Source of the DNA: Camelus ferus
Taxonomy: Eukaryota
DNA: 64,000 bases
Assembly: GCF_009834535.1 (NCBI RefSeq)
Contig: NC_045697.1
Span: forward strand, 8,806,001-8,870,000
Direction of reading: 5' to 3'
Each line of letters begins with the position of its first letter. The stretch's first letter is position 1. The notes under the pieces were generated by a model that saw only the letters and a program-made list of their open reading frames with translations, had not been told where the DNA came from and searched no databases. Of this stretch, positions 24,667 through 37,289 are shown in pieces. The position numbers were made by a program, and so were the translations under genes.

Positions 24667-25030
24667 TGTCAAACGAAAGTTGACATGCCACATGCACAAT
24701 GAGGCCAAACTGAAATGGAGTTTGCAGTAGAGGAAGATTTACTGCAGGGCTAAGCAAGGACAACATGTGGCTGGTGCTCAAAAACCTGAACTCCCTGATG
24801 GTTTCAGGGGAGAATTTTTATAGGCAACATTTAGGGTGAGGGTTGCAGGGTGTGTGATTTTTTCCTGGTTGGCGGGTGGTGAGGTAACAATGCAATGTTC
24901 TAGGAATCTTGTGCTCAGCCTGAGGTTACTAACCTCCACTTGGGAGGGGGCCTTAGTTCCCACAGAACTCGAAGATACATTGTTATGTATATTCCTTGAG
25001 GAGGAACCAGGACCCTGCTTTACCCATGGA
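24667..25030 (-). mobile_element. ERV1-like LTR fragment
   Basis: aaggacaacatgtggctggtgctcaaaaacctgaactccctgatggtttcaggggagaatttttatagg: reverse-oriented LTR-like sequence with TATAAAA on the minus strand. Confidence 0.55.
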
Positions 25031-25324
25031 GTTGAATCTTATGTCTCAAGAGATATCAGAGTTGGTTGGAAAAATAGAAGAAATGCTCACTTGTTGAAAG
25101 AAAATTGAATAAAAATACTCATCAGTAATTCTTTCAGACAATGAATACTGAACTGACGATTGTACATTTCTGGATTTAAGTAAGTAAGAAAACAGCCTTG
25201 CTGTTTTCTAGCTTTATGACTGTGGGCAAACCGTTCAACCTCTCTGTACCTTATTTTCTTATTTGTAAAATACAAAGAATAACAGACTTACCATGAGGTT
25301 TTGGGAAGACTGACTGAGATAACT

Positions 25325-25835
25325 CATTCATTCCTTAAGTATCTGTTGGGCTCCTACTATGTGCCAGGAAATGTTCTTGGTGTGGGAGAGAAAGCAGACA
25401 AACCGTTTCCCTACCAGTGCTTCCATTCTAGTCAAATTAGCTGGTCAACAAATAAACAAATGCACAAATAAAATGTCAAGCTGGGATAAGTACTCTGTCT
25501 AGGATGAAGTAGAGTGATTCCATGGAGGTTGACTGGGTAGCAACTCTCAGGTTAGGGAGAATCATTCTCAGATCTGAATGCCACAGTGAGGCTGGCCATG
25601 AGGAAATGAGGTGTAGCTGGTGCTAAGGTCCTGGGGCAGGAATCAGCTTGATGTGTTTGAGGATCAGAAATAAGGTCATTGCAGCCAGAGGATACTGGGC
25701 AAGGGACAGAGTGGTAGCAGATGGAACCAGATCACGTAGGGCTTGGACAACAAGGATAGGAAATGTGTTTTGTCTTAAGTGCAATGAAAAGCCCCTGGAG
25801 AATTTTAAGCTGGTGAATGACATGATTTCACAATG
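25325..25835 (-). mobile_element. L2 3' fragment
   Basis: cattcattcc...ctactatgtgccagg is the reverse L2 terminus; similar L2 relics near 10725-11090, 15050-15650, 57900-58450. Confidence 0.6.
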
Positions 25836-27167
25836 GATGTAAGGTGTTCACCACTGATCCTGGCACAGGGAAAACACAGTGTGTATTAGCTGCTGTTACC
25901 TTTTCATTTAATCCTCATATCAATCCTCTGTTACTGTGAAAGGAAATCATTCCAAACTTGATCTGGGGCAGAACTTTGTGGGCTGATGTGATTTTCAGCC
26001 TCTTTGGGAAGGATCTAGCATTCCTAATAAAGCTCCAGAGTATTTTTCTGATGGACTTTAAAGCAATTTAGATTCCTTCTGGGAAGTCATATTGACTGCA
26101 CACCGCTCTTGTAGTTTAGATGTGCCCAGTAACCCTTAGCCAGGTATGCAGAGCTACGGCACTCTCTCAGCTGTGAACTTTCCTGATAACCTTCAAACCA
26201 GACATTCCTCTCCTAAAACTTTAATCGAGTAGTGTTTAAGTCACTTTTGCTTTTTCTCCCAAAGATCTTTGAACTATCTTTTTTTTTTTTTTTGAGATCT
26301 TTTCTCTTGCCAACAAACTTGCAATGAAATGTGGATCAATGTTTATACTCAGTTCATCCCAGAAACTGCTTTGACAGTGTCAGTAATATGACCCTCTACA
26401 GACAAGGAGACTGAGCCTTAGAAATGTTAAGTAACCTGGTCAAGGCCACAGTTTTCCAGCCAAGGCCTATGCCCTTAAGCATTCCAGTGTACTCCCTGCA
26501 GGAAGACCAAACTCAGCATAAGCCAGTGTTCTAATAAGAAAAGCAATTCTGAACCTAAGCGATGGCCCAGTCCCCAGGCATCATATTTCCTTTATTGCAG
26601 CCTCATTATCGTGTTTTATTTTATATTGATTTTTAATGACAGGTATTCTGTGGTTCACTGTGACCTCCCTTTATTCCCCCCAAGATATGTGTGTGTAGTT
26701 CATCTCCAATCCCACTCTGCTTTTTGATTTTTAAGAGTTCTAATTTGTTCTTTCACTAATTGAACCCAATCCTAACAAGAATAGACTTTTTCTCCAGTTT
26801 GTCAAGATCTACAGAATCTATTCTTCTGGTCTTGGATGTCACCTACTTGAATCTTCAGTCTATCCAAGCCCAGAGACTTAATTCATTAGTGTCTGTGACT
26901 CATGCCAAACACATGAACAGACTGTGTGAGTCTGCCAAGCTGAAGTAAACAATGCATTTGCTCTTGTGAGAAAAATCCTGAATGAAATCATTGAAGGATG
27001 CTAAAACACTCTGGGTTATTTCAGACTGGAGGATGGGAGAAGTCCCTACTTCTAACTAACAAGTATTAGTTTCTTAGAACAAAATTGATTTCATGGGTGT
27101 ACTGGAACCAGTTTAAATAAAGTTATGTTAAATTTTCAGGAAATTTGTGAAGTAGTTGATGCCAAGT

Positions 27168-27768
27168 TGTTACCAGAGAGTAGGTTCTTGTCTTGTCACA
27201 GAAAGAATTCAGAGACGAGACACAGAGGTCGAGGGTAAAGTGAGGATTTATTAAGCAATAGTTTGCTCTCAAGTGGAGAGTGAGTAGACTCAGGTGAGTA
27301 GCTGTACTGAATTTCTTTGGCAAGCTGATTACATGAGCTGTAAAAATGAATTGGCAGAATATTCATTGGAGAAGGAGGGGTTTGGAGCTGTATTTCCTGA
27401 TTTTCATCCCAGCTCCACCTTCCCGAGGGAAAGAGGGATTCTTGTCCTTTTTTAGTCTTGATTAGAAGTGTCATGGAGTTAGTGCATGATAGGTACTTCT
27501 AATCTGCAAGGCTAATTTTATTGTAATGACAGCATAATGAGCAAAAGGTTATATTTGGATGTCAGAGATTCTTGCCTTATCCCACCTTTCTTTGTCTGCC
27601 TCCAGGACACTTGTCAACCCGAAATGTGTGGTTTCTTATCAGTCTGTAGGTTCCTGCTTTTTGTTGTCTGCCCAAGGGCTCCTGTTGTTCACAAGATGTG
27701 TGGTTTCCTGCCATTTGGCCCATGCCCTGCTTTCTCTGCTCATTTCTAGCTCTCTGCCTGCTCTAAGA
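27168..27768 (-). mobile_element. ERV1-type solo LTR (601 bp)
   Basis: Starts TGTTA, ends TAAGA (near-inverted termini); 4-bp TSD AAGT at 27164-27167 and 27769-27772; minus-strand AATAAA at 27247-27252. Confidence 0.8.
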
Positions 27769-27980
27769 AAGTCAATAGCTTGAAATTGGCTGGAGTATTT
27801 ATATTACAAAAATTGGCAAATGCCACACATCAGGGCTTTCTTACACCACAGAGCCAGCTTTTGAACACCCAGCAGCACACCTCACCACTACAAGCACCCT
27901 TCTGGCTCATGGTTTTCTTCCACCTAGTTATAGAACAGGAGGGCATGGAAAGAGAGTGGTCCTGTTTCCAAGACAGGTTT

Positions 27981-28445
27981 TGTGAAGGAAAAGCTGGGCT
28001 GGTCTAAAAAGATAACTCACAAGTCTAGGAATGTGAAGGAGAGGCTGGGCTGGTCTAACAAGATAACTCACAAATCTAAGTATTGGAATACTGATTTGAG
28101 TTCTGCTGGACTAACTTGTGAATCTAAGTTAATTAGTGTTGGTTTGCTTTTCATGTTGTTTTGCTAGCCAGCTGGATTTTCAAAGATATATATCTGGCTT
28201 TGGAATGTTGGTTTGCTGCCTCCCTGCCTCCGCTTTTGTGATAATGATGCTGCTAAAGCTGTTCCATGCCTACTGGCCGAATACCCCAAGCTTGTACTTT
28301 ACCCTATAAAACCTCATGCGCACGTCTTGGAGGTGCTCAGAGCTTCAGAGCAGAAGCCCCTCTGAGCCCGCCGGCATAATACATCTGAGTACTCCAACCC
28401 TCCGAGTGGTGCTTGTTTCTTGGCAGGCCCGTCATTTCCGTAACA
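27981..28445 (+). mobile_element. ERV1-type solo LTR (465 bp) with 51-bp tandem duplication at its 5' end
   Basis: TGT...ACA termini, 4-bp TSD GTTT at 27977-27980 and 28446-28449, TATAAAA 28305-28311, AATACA variant polyA signal ~28378. Confidence 0.8.
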
Positions 28446-30786
28446 GTTTTTGGCTGGCACTTGGTTTCCTGCCTGCATTTTTCCCTGTCACATACTCTGT
28501 CAAGAGTTCTATAAAACAGACCCCACATTCTTAGCAGAGATGAGGTTCACCATTATTTTACCCTCAGGTTTAATCCCATATCCATTACCACTTGCTCTGT
28601 GACTTGTGCTGGTCAATTATCCACATCTCTAGACCCATTTCCTCATCCCTATAATGAGGATAATATTACTAACCTCATAGTTTGTTTGCAAGTGTGTATG
28701 GGGTAAGGGAGGTTACCCATGAAACGTTTTGCTTAGAACTTGGTGAATTGTAAGTTTTTCATAAGCGGTATCTCTAATTAAAATGACATTATTAGCCAGT
28801 AGGTATTCACTGACACTCACAGAACTCCTGCCCTTGAGGCTCTTGTTAAGTGCCAGTGTCTAGAGGCCTCGTATCTCTGGTCCAAAGCCTTGAATCAGCC
28901 TGGCTCGCACATTTCACCCACAAGGTGGCGTTCCCTTTCTGCCTGTGCTTGTTAAGGCCGGGAGCCCTGGCACAGGGCTTGTAATCCAAGCCACACCAGC
29001 CATACCCTCTCTTTCATTCAGTGTCTGCCTCCCAGTGATACCTCAAGTGCATCGAACTTGACGATCTTTTTGGCTAGAAAGAAACGGGAGAAAGAAACCC
29101 TTCTTGAAATATGTTGATTTGGCCTGTATGACTTTTCATTGACATGAAGAAGAAGGATTTTGTGTCTCTGTGGAAAATCTTCCTTTTTTTTCACTGCAAG
29201 GATGCTTTTAACTGGTAGGAAGCTGAAGTCTTTGTGAGGTTCTTTCTGGTTCCTTTTCCCTTATTGTCAAGAATCCTCAAGGCAACATGATAGAGTGAAA
29301 ATCAACATGGGGCCAGCAATCAGACAGACCTAGATTTGACATATGATTCTGCTGCTTATTGGCTGAATGTTCTTGGGCTACTTATTTGAATTTCTAACTC
29401 TTAGTTTCCTAGTCCATACAATGGGGGTGTCTGTCTGTCTGTCTGTCTGTCTATCTTGGGTTAGTCCTGTACTTCACAATCTGCTTCACATTAGATTCAT
29501 TTATGGAAATTTTCAAAAATAGTTGATTCCTTGGCTCCAGTTCAAAAGACTGATTCAGTTGGGCTTGGTTTCAGCCCAAACATCAGTCTGTTTTAGCACT
29601 TCCAGGTAATTCTATGTGTAGTGAAGTTTTAAGAATAGCTGAGATCCTATTATTAAGCCTCTCTAGGCCTCAGTTGGCTCACATGCTCAGAATCTGAAAG
29701 TCCTTGGACCTCAGCAGCTCATACAAATGCAAAATGAGTCTCTTTTGCCAACGGCCACTTTGTGACTGTAATCTTTGACCTGTTCAGATTAGCAGACAGT
29801 GCAGTCTCCCTCACACCCACTTCTTGTCTTCAGAGGCTGTTCCTGGGAAGCCCAAGAACCCCTACTGTTGTTCTGCAGGTGAGGAGAACAACACCTAGGA
29901 CCCTTGTCCCCTGCTGAAGCTGGGCAGTCCCTGTGGTCGGGAGAAACGTCAGCCCTTGCCACGATTGCACAGAGAGCAGCGGGCGATGCGGCTTCTCCTG
30001 GGTCACCCTCAGTCAAGGATGTTCATCCCTCCAGTTGGCCTGGATTGTCAGGGACAGGGCCCATCAGGGGTCAACTCTTTCATTTCACACAAAAGCAGAC
30101 ATTTCCTTAGGCACAGCCCAGCACCCTGAGAGCCGTCTCATGAGGCGAAGGAGCATCTCCTCACTGCCCAGAACCAGCTGCTCCTGTGTCCTTTGCCTGG
30201 GCTGCCCAGCCCACACTCCTCCCTCTTGATGAACTTCCTCTTGGAAATCCTTTTTCTTCTCACCATCTGGCCTCAAGCGGGCCCACCCTTGTCTGTCAGA
30301 TGTGTTCTAATAAGTGAAGTAAGTAGATAAATACCAGACTCTTCTCCCAGCAGGCTCCTTGGCCCACCACGCAGGCTCACATATGTAAAAGGATGCATGA
30401 GAGAGGGTTCATATCAATTTACTTAGCAACCTCTTCTAAACCCAGGCCCTTCCCAAGTTCCACCTCCACCAAAAAAAAAAAATCCCTTCCCCAGAATCAA
30501 TGGGTAAGGATTCATTCACTTTGCACACGTGTCAGAGGGACTGCTGAAGTGATTATTTCCATGATAAACAGACAGTTTGCCCCAAAAGTATGTTCAGGTT
30601 TTCACCATGAGTACAGAAGCCACATAAAACAACCGAGATAGCAGTGTCCTTAGTTTCAACTAATTCTAGGATTCAATCTCCTCTGGACAGTCCATCACAT
30701 ATAGATGGGATTGACATGAATGGCAACCTCACAGGGTGGCTGAGGATAACAAGTGAGAAGGAGAAAGAACAATTTCTAATGTCTTA

Positions 30787-30938
30787 TTTTTTTCTAATAA
30801 AATAGTTTTTTAATAATTTAAAAAAATTTTGTGGGGAGGTAACCAGGTTTTATTTTTTAGAGGAGGTACTGGGGATTGAACCCAGGACCTCGTGCGTGCT
30901 AAGCATGCACTCTACCACTTGAGCTATGCCCTCCACTG
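30787..30938 (-). mobile_element. tRNA-Ala-derived camelid SINE (Vic-1-like)
   Basis: Reverse complement GGAGGGCATAGCTCAAGTGGTAGAGTGCATGCTTAGCACGCACGAGGTCCTGGGTTCAATCCCCAGTACCTCC with A and B boxes and an AT-rich tail; 10-bp TSD TAATGTCTTA at 30777-30786 and 30939-30948. Confidence 0.85.
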
Positions 30939-31819
30939 TAATGTCTTACTATTATCACTGTTGCTGGCTATGCACATCAGCATCTAAAGAAAGTTGCCAC
31001 TTTGGACAGTGGGTACCTCAGGACCAAGTTATCTCCCCTCCTCTTCCTGCCCCTGTACAGTAGTCAGTATAAGGGTCCGGAATCCTGACCAATGCAACCC
31101 GGTAGTCCCAGGTTCTCACCCTGTCACCAAAAAGTCGCAGTAGTTGGAGTAATGGAGCCTCTCCACTTAAATGCAGGGCTGTGGGCCCAAGTGTTGCTTG
31201 CTGTCTCTCTCTCCTGCTTTGGTAATGAGAACAATTCAAGAGAGTAACTTTTGATCAGGTGGCCTTTGAGTTGCTTCTTGAGCTTTGGTTTTCCTCTGAA
31301 TAGACCCAAGTGTCTTCAAGAGGTTAGGAGAAAACTGGAGAATGTCTGGCTTGAGCCATGTTCTCCAACATACTAAACCCAAAGCCCTGAATATTGCAGC
31401 TCTTGGGGACTTGCCTGGCCTTTTAAAGAAGTGCAGTACAGGATCTTGATTCTCATGTGGTTCCTTGAGTCTGCTGTCTATTTTTCAGGAATCTGAGAGG
31501 AAGGAGGCTTATAATTAGCACTCCTAAGCCTAGAACAGTTCTTCCCCCTGAAAGGCTTAACACTTTCGCCCTGGGGTTTTAGTGACCACTGACATTTTAA
31601 GAAATGTGTGCATGTCTCTCAAAGGAAGGTCAGTTTGGGGGTCCTCCTGCAGTTACTAGCTATGGATGATCTGGGTCTGATTACCTAAGGGGCCAGCTTG
31701 TCTCCCTTATGGATGGTCATGAGACATACTCTGGAGATGGTGCTGACTGGGCTCAGTGGTTGACTGGATGGAGCAGAAAGGGAGGGGGAGATAATCTGCT
31801 GGATGTTTCCTTTAGAGCA

Positions 31820-32085
31820 AACACTGGCCAACTATAGCCAGCAGGTCAAATCTAACCAGTTTTTGTTTTTAATTTTTATTTTGAAATAAATTAAGACCCA
31901 ATTGCTACCTGTTTTATAAATAAATTTTACTAGGATGTTACCACACTTATTTGTTTATAGATTGCCTACGGCTGCTTTCATGATACAATAGCAGAATTGA
32001 GCAACTGAAACAAATAATGTATGACTTGCAAAGCCTAACATTTGTACCATCTGGCTCTTTACAGAAGAAATTTGATGGCCCCTAT
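31820..32085 (+). mobile_element. MER58A-like hAT-Charlie relic
   Basis: ggccaactatagccagcaggtcaaatc...gcaaagcctaacatttgtaccatctggctctttacagaaga; a reverse copy lies near 53575-53795. Confidence 0.7.
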
Positions 32086-33464
32086 GCTAGATTCAAGGAT
32101 GCTTCTCACAACTGCCTCAGTTTCCTCCTGGCTGCAACCCAAAGGCCACAAGACCCCACTGAATCAGAGAACTCCAGGGTTAGGAGGCATTAGTGGGCTT
32201 CCAGTGAAATTTCTCATCTGAGGCCAGAATCTCCCAAGGATACCTTCTCAAGACATCCCCTGGAGGCGAAGGCACACCACTGCCTGCAGAGGCCAAGTCA
32301 CCTTCTTTGGGAAGTTCTTGCTGCTGGTAAATCACTCCTTACACAGAACTAAAATCTGGTGGAAAAAAAAGAATTTGTTCAGGTTTTATTGTTTATAATC
32401 CCATCTCCAGCCTTTGGAGGAGGAAGACACTGTCACCAGCAAGATGGTCTGCGCTGTCTGTCTTGTGTGGGGCGGCACAACGGGTGGGGAGGAGACCTGC
32501 AGAAACTGTGGTGCTCTGCGTGGAGGAAGATGCTGGATGCCTCTGGAGAGAAGAATCCAGAAAAGGGATGCTGGAGGGGCATGGCTGAAGGGGAGGGGTG
32601 AGAGAGGACCTGCAGGCTGGGAAGGAGACAGAAGTGTGGGAGCTGTCTCAAATTATTCTTCAGTGCTTCTGGAGTAGGACTTGAGTGTGTGGGTGTGTTT
32701 CTAGATGCTTCAAGCCATTGAAATGTCCTTCAAGGATATGGTCCAGGTGCATTTGAGTTGTGTCAGTTTCCCTGAGGTTCCCATAAAACAATCTCATACC
32801 GTCAGTCCCAAGAGCTTTCAGACCAAGCAGCACCATAGCCATAATGATCCAAATCCCACCTCGCTGTCTTCCTTCCTGGCTACAGGTTTCCTCTTCCCTC
32901 ACCTCAAAGGTTGCTTCAAACCAGAAGGCATGGAAGGAGAGAGAGGAGGCGGGAGACCATGCGCCATCTCTTTGGCCCAGGGTAGAAGGTTTTCCAGGGC
33001 ACAGAGTAAGGCACAGATCTCCAGAGCTATGTTAGAGGTCCCGTATTCAAGATCTATACCTGCAATAATTGTGTGTGCAAACTTTTGTTACCATTTCTCT
33101 TCTTTGTGCCTTAGTCACTTCCTCTGTACAACAGGAGGCTGGGGCTAGGAAAGTGCTCAAATCCTGCTTGTTGCACTCGAGTGTTCTACAAGGGGGCTTC
33201 GGAGGCGTGGGGCAGGACACGCCACAGTGAGGATGCTAAGGGGCTGGGTTTCCTGGCCATCCTACTCAATTTTCATCTAAGCATCTCTGTGCTATCTATT
33301 GGGTAGACTGGGATTTCTTAAAATCTGTTAATACTAAATTTCTGCTGCTAAAGAAATAAAAAGGCTAGAATCCAGTGAACTTTATCTGTATTTCTCTATG
33401 CTGTAGTGCATGTCTCACTAGACGGATTCATGCTGGGTTGTTTTTGTGATACGTGGATGAACAT

Positions 33465-35597
33465 TATTTTTATTGAGATATACTTGACATAACATTATAT
33501 TAGTTTCAGGTTTACAACATAATTATTTGATATATGTATATATATGCAAAATGATCACCACAGTAAGTCTAGTTAACATTCATCATTATAAATAGCTATA
33601 ATTTTTCTTCTTGTGATAAGAACATTTAAGATTTACTCTCTTAACAACTTTCAAATATACAATACAGTATTGTTAACTATATTCACCACACTGTATATTA
33701 CATAGTCAAGATTTATTTCTTTTATAATTGGAAATTTGGAAGTTTGTACCTTTTGACTTCCTTGACCTTTGTTGTTCACCCCACCTCACCTCAGGTAACC
33801 ACCAATCTGTTCTCTGTATATGGGTTTGGTGGGGTTTTTGTTTTATTTTTTTTAAGATTCCACTTAAAAGTGAGATCATACGGCATTTGTCTTCGTCTGA
33901 CTTATGCCACCCTGCAAATGACACGATTTCATTCTTTTTAACTCTGAATAATACTCCATCGTGTATACGTACTACATCTTTTTATGAATTCATCCTTTCA
34001 GGACACTTAGGTTGTTTCTATGTCTTGGCCATTCTAAATAATGCTGCAATGAACACGGAGGTGCATATATCTTTATGAGTTAGTATTTTTGTTTCCCTTG
34101 GATAAGTACCCAGTAGTGGAGTTCCTAGACCATATGGTAGTTCCATTTTTAATTTTTTGAGGAATCTCCATACAGCTTTCCATGGTGGTTGCACCAATTC
34201 ACATTCCCACCAACAGTGCATAGTCTTCCTTTTTCTCCACATCCTTGCCAACACTTGTTATTTCTTGTCTTTGTTTTTTCTTCCAGTTTTATTGAGGCAT
34301 AATTGACATACGTGCTGTAGCAGTTTAAGGTGTCCAGCATAACGGTCTGACTTACATACATAATGAAATGACTGCCACAATAGATTTAGTGAACATCTGT
34401 CATCTCATATAGATTTGACGTTAAAGAGATAGAAAAACAATTCTTTTCCTTGTGATGAGAACTCTTAGGATTCACTCTCTTAAGGACGTTCATTTATAAC
34501 ATACAGCAGTATGAATTTTCTTTATCACATTGTACATTCTATCCCTAGTACTAATTTATCTTATAACTGGAACTTTGTACCTTTTGACTACCTTCATCTA
34601 GTTCCCTCTTCTCCTGAGCCCCGCTTCTGGTAGCCACAAATCTTATCTCTTTTTCTATGAGTTTGTTTGTTTGTTTCTGAGATGTAACTGCCCCACAACA
34701 CCGTGTTAGTTCCTAGTACACAACATAGTGATTCAGTATTTCTATACATTTCAAAATGATCACCATAATAAGTCTCATTGTCATCTGTCTCCATACAAAG
34801 ATGCTGCGTAGTTATTGACGATATTCCCCACACTGCGCTTTTCATGTCTGTGACTCATGTATTTCGTAACTGAGAGTTTGTACTTCTTCCTCTCCCTCAC
34901 CTAGTTCTCTCCTCTCCCCACCCCATTCCCCTCTGGCAACCACCTGTTTGTTCTCTGTATCTAGGACTGTTTCTGTTCAGTTGTATTTGTTCATTTGTTT
35001 TGTTTTTTAGATTCCACATATAAGTAATATCATATCGTATTTGTCTTTCTTTGACTTATTTCACTTAGTACAGTACCCTCTAGGTCCATCCATGTTGTCA
35101 CAAATGACAAGATTGCATTCTTTTCAATGGCTGAGTAATTCAATGTCTAAAAACACTATGGAAAAAAATATATACAGTAGAATATATATATATATATATG
35201 ATGTGTATGTGTGTATATATATACACACATACACATCATATATACACATCACATCTTCTTTATCCATTCTGTTGATGGACACTTGGGTTGCTTCCATATC
35301 TTGACTATTGTAAATAATGCTGCTATGAACATGGGCTGCATTAACTTTTTGAATTACTGTTTTCATTTTCTTTGGATAAATGCCAAGAGGTGAGATTGCT
35401 GGATTGTATGATAGCTCTATTTTTAATTTTGTGAGGAACCTCTACACTGTTTTACATAGTGGCTGCACAATGTACGTTGCTACCAACAGGTCATGGGGTT
35501 TCCTTTCTCCACATCCTTGCCAGTACTTGCCATTTATTGCCTTTGGATAATAGCCGTCCTGACAGGTGTGAGGTGAAATCTCATCATGGTTTTAACA
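33465..35597 (-). mobile_element. Stacked L1 3' fragments (degenerate ORF2 C-terminus plus 3'UTRs)
   Basis: ORFs 34018..34254 (-) and 35124..35366 (-) carry decayed L1 ORF2 motifs ([28 protein letters not shown]); separate 3' termini at ~33465 and ~34286. Confidence 0.85.
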
Positions 35598-37289
35598 CTT
35601 AAAATTTTCATAGTTACCATGTTTATTTTAATATCTATAGGGAAAATCAAACCAGCACATCAAGTGTATGATTTTATTGATCTATAGCTAAGAATGAGGT
35701 CAAATGTAGTCAAATAAGCGGGTTATTTAAAGGAAGAGAAGAGGTAAATAATAGGATCAGATAGGAATATGGCAAATATGATTGACATTTGGGAAGACTG
35801 GCAAAGTGGCCTCTGCACCCCTTCTGGCTGTGACATTCTAGCATTCTTTCCCTTCCCAGTCTTTCGTCCTGTTTCCTCTGCTTCCCCAGGAGAGAAAACA
35901 TTGCAGTGTGTATTTTTAGGCTAAAAAATAGTGGCCCTGACATGCCCGAGGTCGGTGCTCACTGGGTCCTCTCGGTCCTGCTCTGCAAAGGGTTCTTTTT
36001 TGTCAGGGAGCAGCTCTGTTTGCCCACCTCTGGTCTCTGATGAGGTACATGAAGCCGGCAGGAAACAGACCAAATTGAGAGCAAGAAAAACAGGCAGAGC
36101 TCTGCAGAAAGTGCGTGGCTGCACTTCATGGGATTAGCCAAGGGGCTCTTTGCTCCATTAGCAGAATGCATAATGGGCTCGTGTTCGAAAAAGCAAATCT
36201 GCAGAATTAGCAGCCAATAAATTGTTAGTCTTACAAACTGTGGATTCTGTCTTGCTCATTTTAAACCGTCAGACCTCACTTACTTTTCTGTACTTCTTGG
36301 CATGAAATCATTTCCAATGTTCTCTTTTTAACTCACTCCTAATGGTATAATGCATGTCTATTTCCTTTTTCTGGATTCTGGATGATTCTGTTTTCTAATG
36401 TTAGACGTGCACTGTGTGTTCACAGTTGATGAAGTGGGCATGCCATGGTGGACAGACCTTAGGTATTAGACAGACCTGGATGTGAACTTGATTTAGCCAC
36501 CTGTGTTCTGTGGACTGGCGTTCTGTACTTAAATAAGCTTGGTTCTCACTTTCTTTGATTACTCAACAAGAATTTTGCTTCTTTCCTAGGATTTTTGTGA
36601 GGATTTAAAAGATGCCATAAAAACAACAACAATAAAACACCTAACTTGAGAATGTTGAGTTTTAGATGTTAAATAAATGTCAGTTATTCTTCCATTTTTA
36701 CAAGCTCGACAAGTCTTTGGACTAGATGCTACAGACAAGGCAAAGATGAATGTGAAATAGGTCAGGATGGCAAATAGGTTTTATTTCATATGCCAGCTCT
36801 CAGAGAGCGCTCTGCTTCAGGGAGAGCTGTGTGGAGATGGATTTTAAGGCTCAGCAGGGAAGAGTGTCACAGTTGATTAGCCCTGTCCTCAGGCTCAGGA
36901 GGGGGCAGTGGGGGACACGAGCATCCTATGTTTGCCATCACTGACACCAGCCCTGCTTTGGGGAAGTCAAAGCTAATGGAGTGTGAAATTCCTGGAGAAG
37001 CACAAGGACAGGGGTAGGCACTTGTACATATGTTATGTCTGGAATCCTCTCAGCCAGCTGGAGAGGGATGAATGATCAGTCTTACTTTATAAATGAGGGA
37101 ATGGAGGCTCAGACAGGCTAAGTAATTTTCTCAAGGTCTTACAAAGTAGAAAGTGGTGGGAATGAGATCTGAACCCAAATCCATCTGATGTCAGAGGCCT
37201 TTTGTTTGCAGTTACTAACTTTTTAAGCTGAGATATTCAGATAGAGTCTTTTTCCTTTAAAAAAAGATAAGGTAAAATGTGAATACTTT

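Noticed and set aside
30862..30935. tRNA-Ala(AGC) gene
   Set aside because: Imperfect stems, AT-rich tail and TSD identify it as a SINE.
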